DNA from: Candidatus Sumerlaeaceae bacterium | GTDB lineage: Bacteria > Sumerlaeota > Sumerlaeia > Sumerlaeales > Sumerlaeaceae | Reading direction: 5' to 3' | Length of the DNA stretch: 61,341 nucleotides | NCBI GenBank assembly: GCA_051003195.1 | Contig: JBPCLP010000022.1 | Span: 1-61,341 of the forward strand | In this document: in pieces, positions 59,472-61,341 of the stretch | How the letters are laid out: every line of letters begins with the position of its first letter | Numbering within the stretch: the stretch's first letter is position 1 | Made by a program: the position numbers and the translations under genes | Notes under the pieces: model-generated | The model's database searches: none | What the model saw: only the letters and a program-made list of their open reading frames with translations | Told to the model about the DNA's origin: nothing

Positions 59472-60230
59472 ATGAATTACACTAGATTTCCAGCAGGCCT
59501 GGCTATGGTCTTCCTGCTCGCCTATGCACCGGCTTTTGGTAAGGTTACGCTGGTGGCGGCAGTGGCCACTAACGCCGGGGCCGCCTTCGAGGAGATGGCG
59601 GTCGTGTTTGAACGAAGTAGTGGTGTGAAGGTGTCGCTTTCTGCCGGCGCAACTGGCCTGCTGGCGCGGCAACTGCGGGAGGGTGCTCCGTTTGATGTGT
59701 TCGTCTCGGCAGACATGGGCACCGTCGAAACACTTGCCAGGGAGAGCCTTCTGACGAGTTCATCCGTGCAAAGCTATGCGCGCGGGACGCTCTGCTTGTG
59801 GCGAGCGCCGGAGGCAGGGCGGCGGCGGCAGACCATTGACGATCTTGTCACCAGCAAGGCAGACAGACTGCGCATCGCGATTGCGAATCCGGAGACCGCT
59901 CCCTTTGGAGCGGCCGCTAAGCAGGCGCTGCAGCGGCTGGGGGTGTGGGACAGACTTCTGCCCCGGATCATTATTGCTGAGAATGTCACGGCTGCGATGA
60001 ACATGGCGCGCACCGGGAACGTCGACGCTGCGCTGGTTGCGCTTTCCGCCGTGGGTGACGCGTCAGAGGGTGCTGTTGTGGTGCCGCCGGCGCTGTATGC
60101 GCCGATCGTGCAGGGAATGGCTGTGACGTACGCCACAAGGCATCGGGCTGAAGCTACGGCCTTCTGCCATTTTGTACGCGGCGCGCAGGGCAGGGCTATT
60201 CTATTGAAGTACAGGTTTGAGGTGCCGTGA
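59472..60230 (+). CDS. modA: Molybdate ABC transporter substrate-binding protein
   Basis: GATGLLARQL.EGAPFDVFVSAD; IAIANPETAPFG.AA; ENV; G.VDA..VALS; Y.PI.Q. Confidence 0.9.
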   Translation: MNYTRFPAGLAMVFLLAYAPAFGKVTLVAAVATNAGAAFEEMAVVFERSSGVKVSLSAGATGLLARQLREGAPFDVFVSADMGTVETLARESLLTSSSVQSYARGTLCLWRAPEAGRRRQTIDDLVTSKADRLRIAIANPETAPFGAAAKQALQRLGVWDRLLPRIIIAENVTAAMNMARTGNVDAALVALSAVGDASEGAVVVPPALYAPIVQGMAVTYATRHRAEATAFCHFVRGAQGRAILLKYRFEVP

Positions 60231-60414
60231 ACAAACCTCTGGTGTGGTCTACCGTTAGTTCGCAATCAGTTGTGTGAGCCGAATCGAGCTTGTTTTCCCT
60301 GCCCAAACTGGATAAGAATTGCTGATTCGGGCCTTGTGTGGGCTACGAAGCGGAGGAGGAGGCGGTAGCGCGTGCAATTCGGTTTCTGCGGAATTCGACT
60401 GTAATCAGAGGAGT

Positions 60415-60831
60415 TTATTTTATTTCGCCGCAGCGCTTCGTGGGCAGCAGCGTGAGCACGAATTCGAAAAAGGATTCAGCCTGATGAAGCGCCTGTTGAA
60501 ATTCGTCCGGATCTGGAAGCAGCGATTCATCCGGATATCGATAGGCAGTCGCATAGGGCGTCAGTGACTCGCCGGTCGTTATCCACGGTTCAAAACGGTC
60601 ATCGAGTTCCGCGAGACGGGCGATTAGGTGGCGCACATCATGTGATTTCATAAGAGAAATCCCTTGGAAGCAAAGCACGGCCTTCGCCGCTTTCTCAGCC
60701 GCTTGCTGGCAATGGTAGATCGCCGTGTCCAGCAACGGTTCCGGGCCAAGTGCGAGTTTCCTGGCGGATTGAAGGTCGTGCTGGGCTTTTGTGAGCCATC
60801 GGTGCACCTCCTCTAAGAGGAGGTCATCCAT
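60415..60831 (-). CDS. HEPN domain protein
   Basis: WLTKAQHDL, AIYHCQQAAEKA.KA, KSHD..L, RYP; overlaps the MNT stop. Confidence 0.9.
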   Translation of the reverse strand: MDDLLLEEVHRWLTKAQHDLQSARKLALGPEPLLDTAIYHCQQAAEKAAKAVLCFQGISLMKSHDVRHLIARLAELDDRFEPWITTGESLTPYATAYRYPDESLLPDPDEFQQALHQAESFFEFVLTLLPTKRCGEIK

Positions 60832-61168
60832 AAAGGGCTTTTCCCTCGGCGAATATGCGAGAAACGAGCGAACCCGGAATTCGGCGCAATTGCATGACCT
60901 CACTGCGGGTTTTTACGAGAATATCGACCGAAATCCGCAGACTGCCAAGCGAATGATGCGCGCGTTGCGCCCGGCGTATCGGCGACTCATCGCTTTGCTC
61001 GACGATGACAAGCACATCGACATCGCTATCCTCCGATGGTTCTCCCCAGGCACGCGAGCCAAAAAGGATGATCCGGTCGGGGCTGAACTCTGCCACAAGC
61101 CGCCGGGTCATTTCACTGATAGTTTCGCGCGAATCAGTAGGTATCATATCTCGGTTCTTCTTCATCAT
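60824..61168 (-). CDS. Minimal nucleotidyltransferase (MNT)
   Basis: IILFGSRAWG....DSDVDVLVI...VDILV. Confidence 0.92.
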   Translation of the reverse strand: MMKKNRDMIPTDSRETISEMTRRLVAEFSPDRIILFGSRAWGEPSEDSDVDVLVIVEQSDESPIRRAQRAHHSLGSLRISVDILVKTRSEVMQLRRIPGSLVSRIFAEGKALYG

Positions 61169-61210
61169 CCCTGTAAAACTATAAGCTTGGACACTATGAT
61201 GATCTTCAAC

Positions 61211-61245
61211 GAAAAAAGCCCCCGCTTTTAGGGCGGGGGCTGTTT
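61211..61245. terminator. Intrinsic terminator
   Basis: AAAAAAGCCCCCGC-loop-GCGGGGGCT. Confidence 0.75.
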
Positions 61246-61341
61246 GGATTATGCGAGCGAGGTTTTGGTTCGCTGGAAGCTAGACAGAAGAGAAGTGCGC
61301 TGCGTGGTCGTTTTGATCAAGGCGTATGGGATCGACCTGGC

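Noticed and set aside
61249..61341. Possible 3' end of a minus-strand gene running off the window
   Set aside because: Too short to determine frame or product.

Overview
A GC-rich bacterial chromosomal window. A PVC-like or Sumerlaeota-like origin is only a weak inference from gene content and a C-terminal W-x-x-[YF] motif. I found no rRNA, tRNA or CRISPR array. The left ~36 kb is an accessory mosaic of short gene modules: a diguanylate cyclase, a Cys/Gly repeat protein, ECF sigma + TPR + DUF4331, several toxin-antitoxin loci, an EEP nuclease, Gfo/Idh/MocA + HEAT-DUF1080, an Asp-box protein, GHL10 and lysozyme-like hydrolases, a CzcCBA-type metal efflux island, and a GxGYxYP protein. Most module boundaries carry short REP-like repeats (consensus TTAAGGGGTCAGCTCCCGATC and GGGGACG.../...CGTCCCC arms), and two broken fragments of REP-associated tyrosine transposases (RAYT) lie among them. 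The right ~25 kb is more housekeeping-like: ROK regulator, DUF2231/Rieske, MASE1 kinase, aceE/aceF, xanthine-dehydrogenase-family subunit, gcvR, YdeP, HIT, GH38 mannosidase, modA and HEPN/MNT. Three observations stand out. (1) An apparently intact RAYT domain, with its flanking GTGG-REP hairpins, is inserted in frame inside the xanthine dehydrogenase-family molybdoprotein. (2) A 70-bp element at 9615-9684 looks like a collapsed copy of the 4.7-kb module at 13435-18119 (left arm + exact 45-bp gene fragment + right arm). (3) Two near-identical TIR-bounded mini-elements bracket the whole metal-resistance island. All family assignments come from motif recognition by eye, not from database searches.
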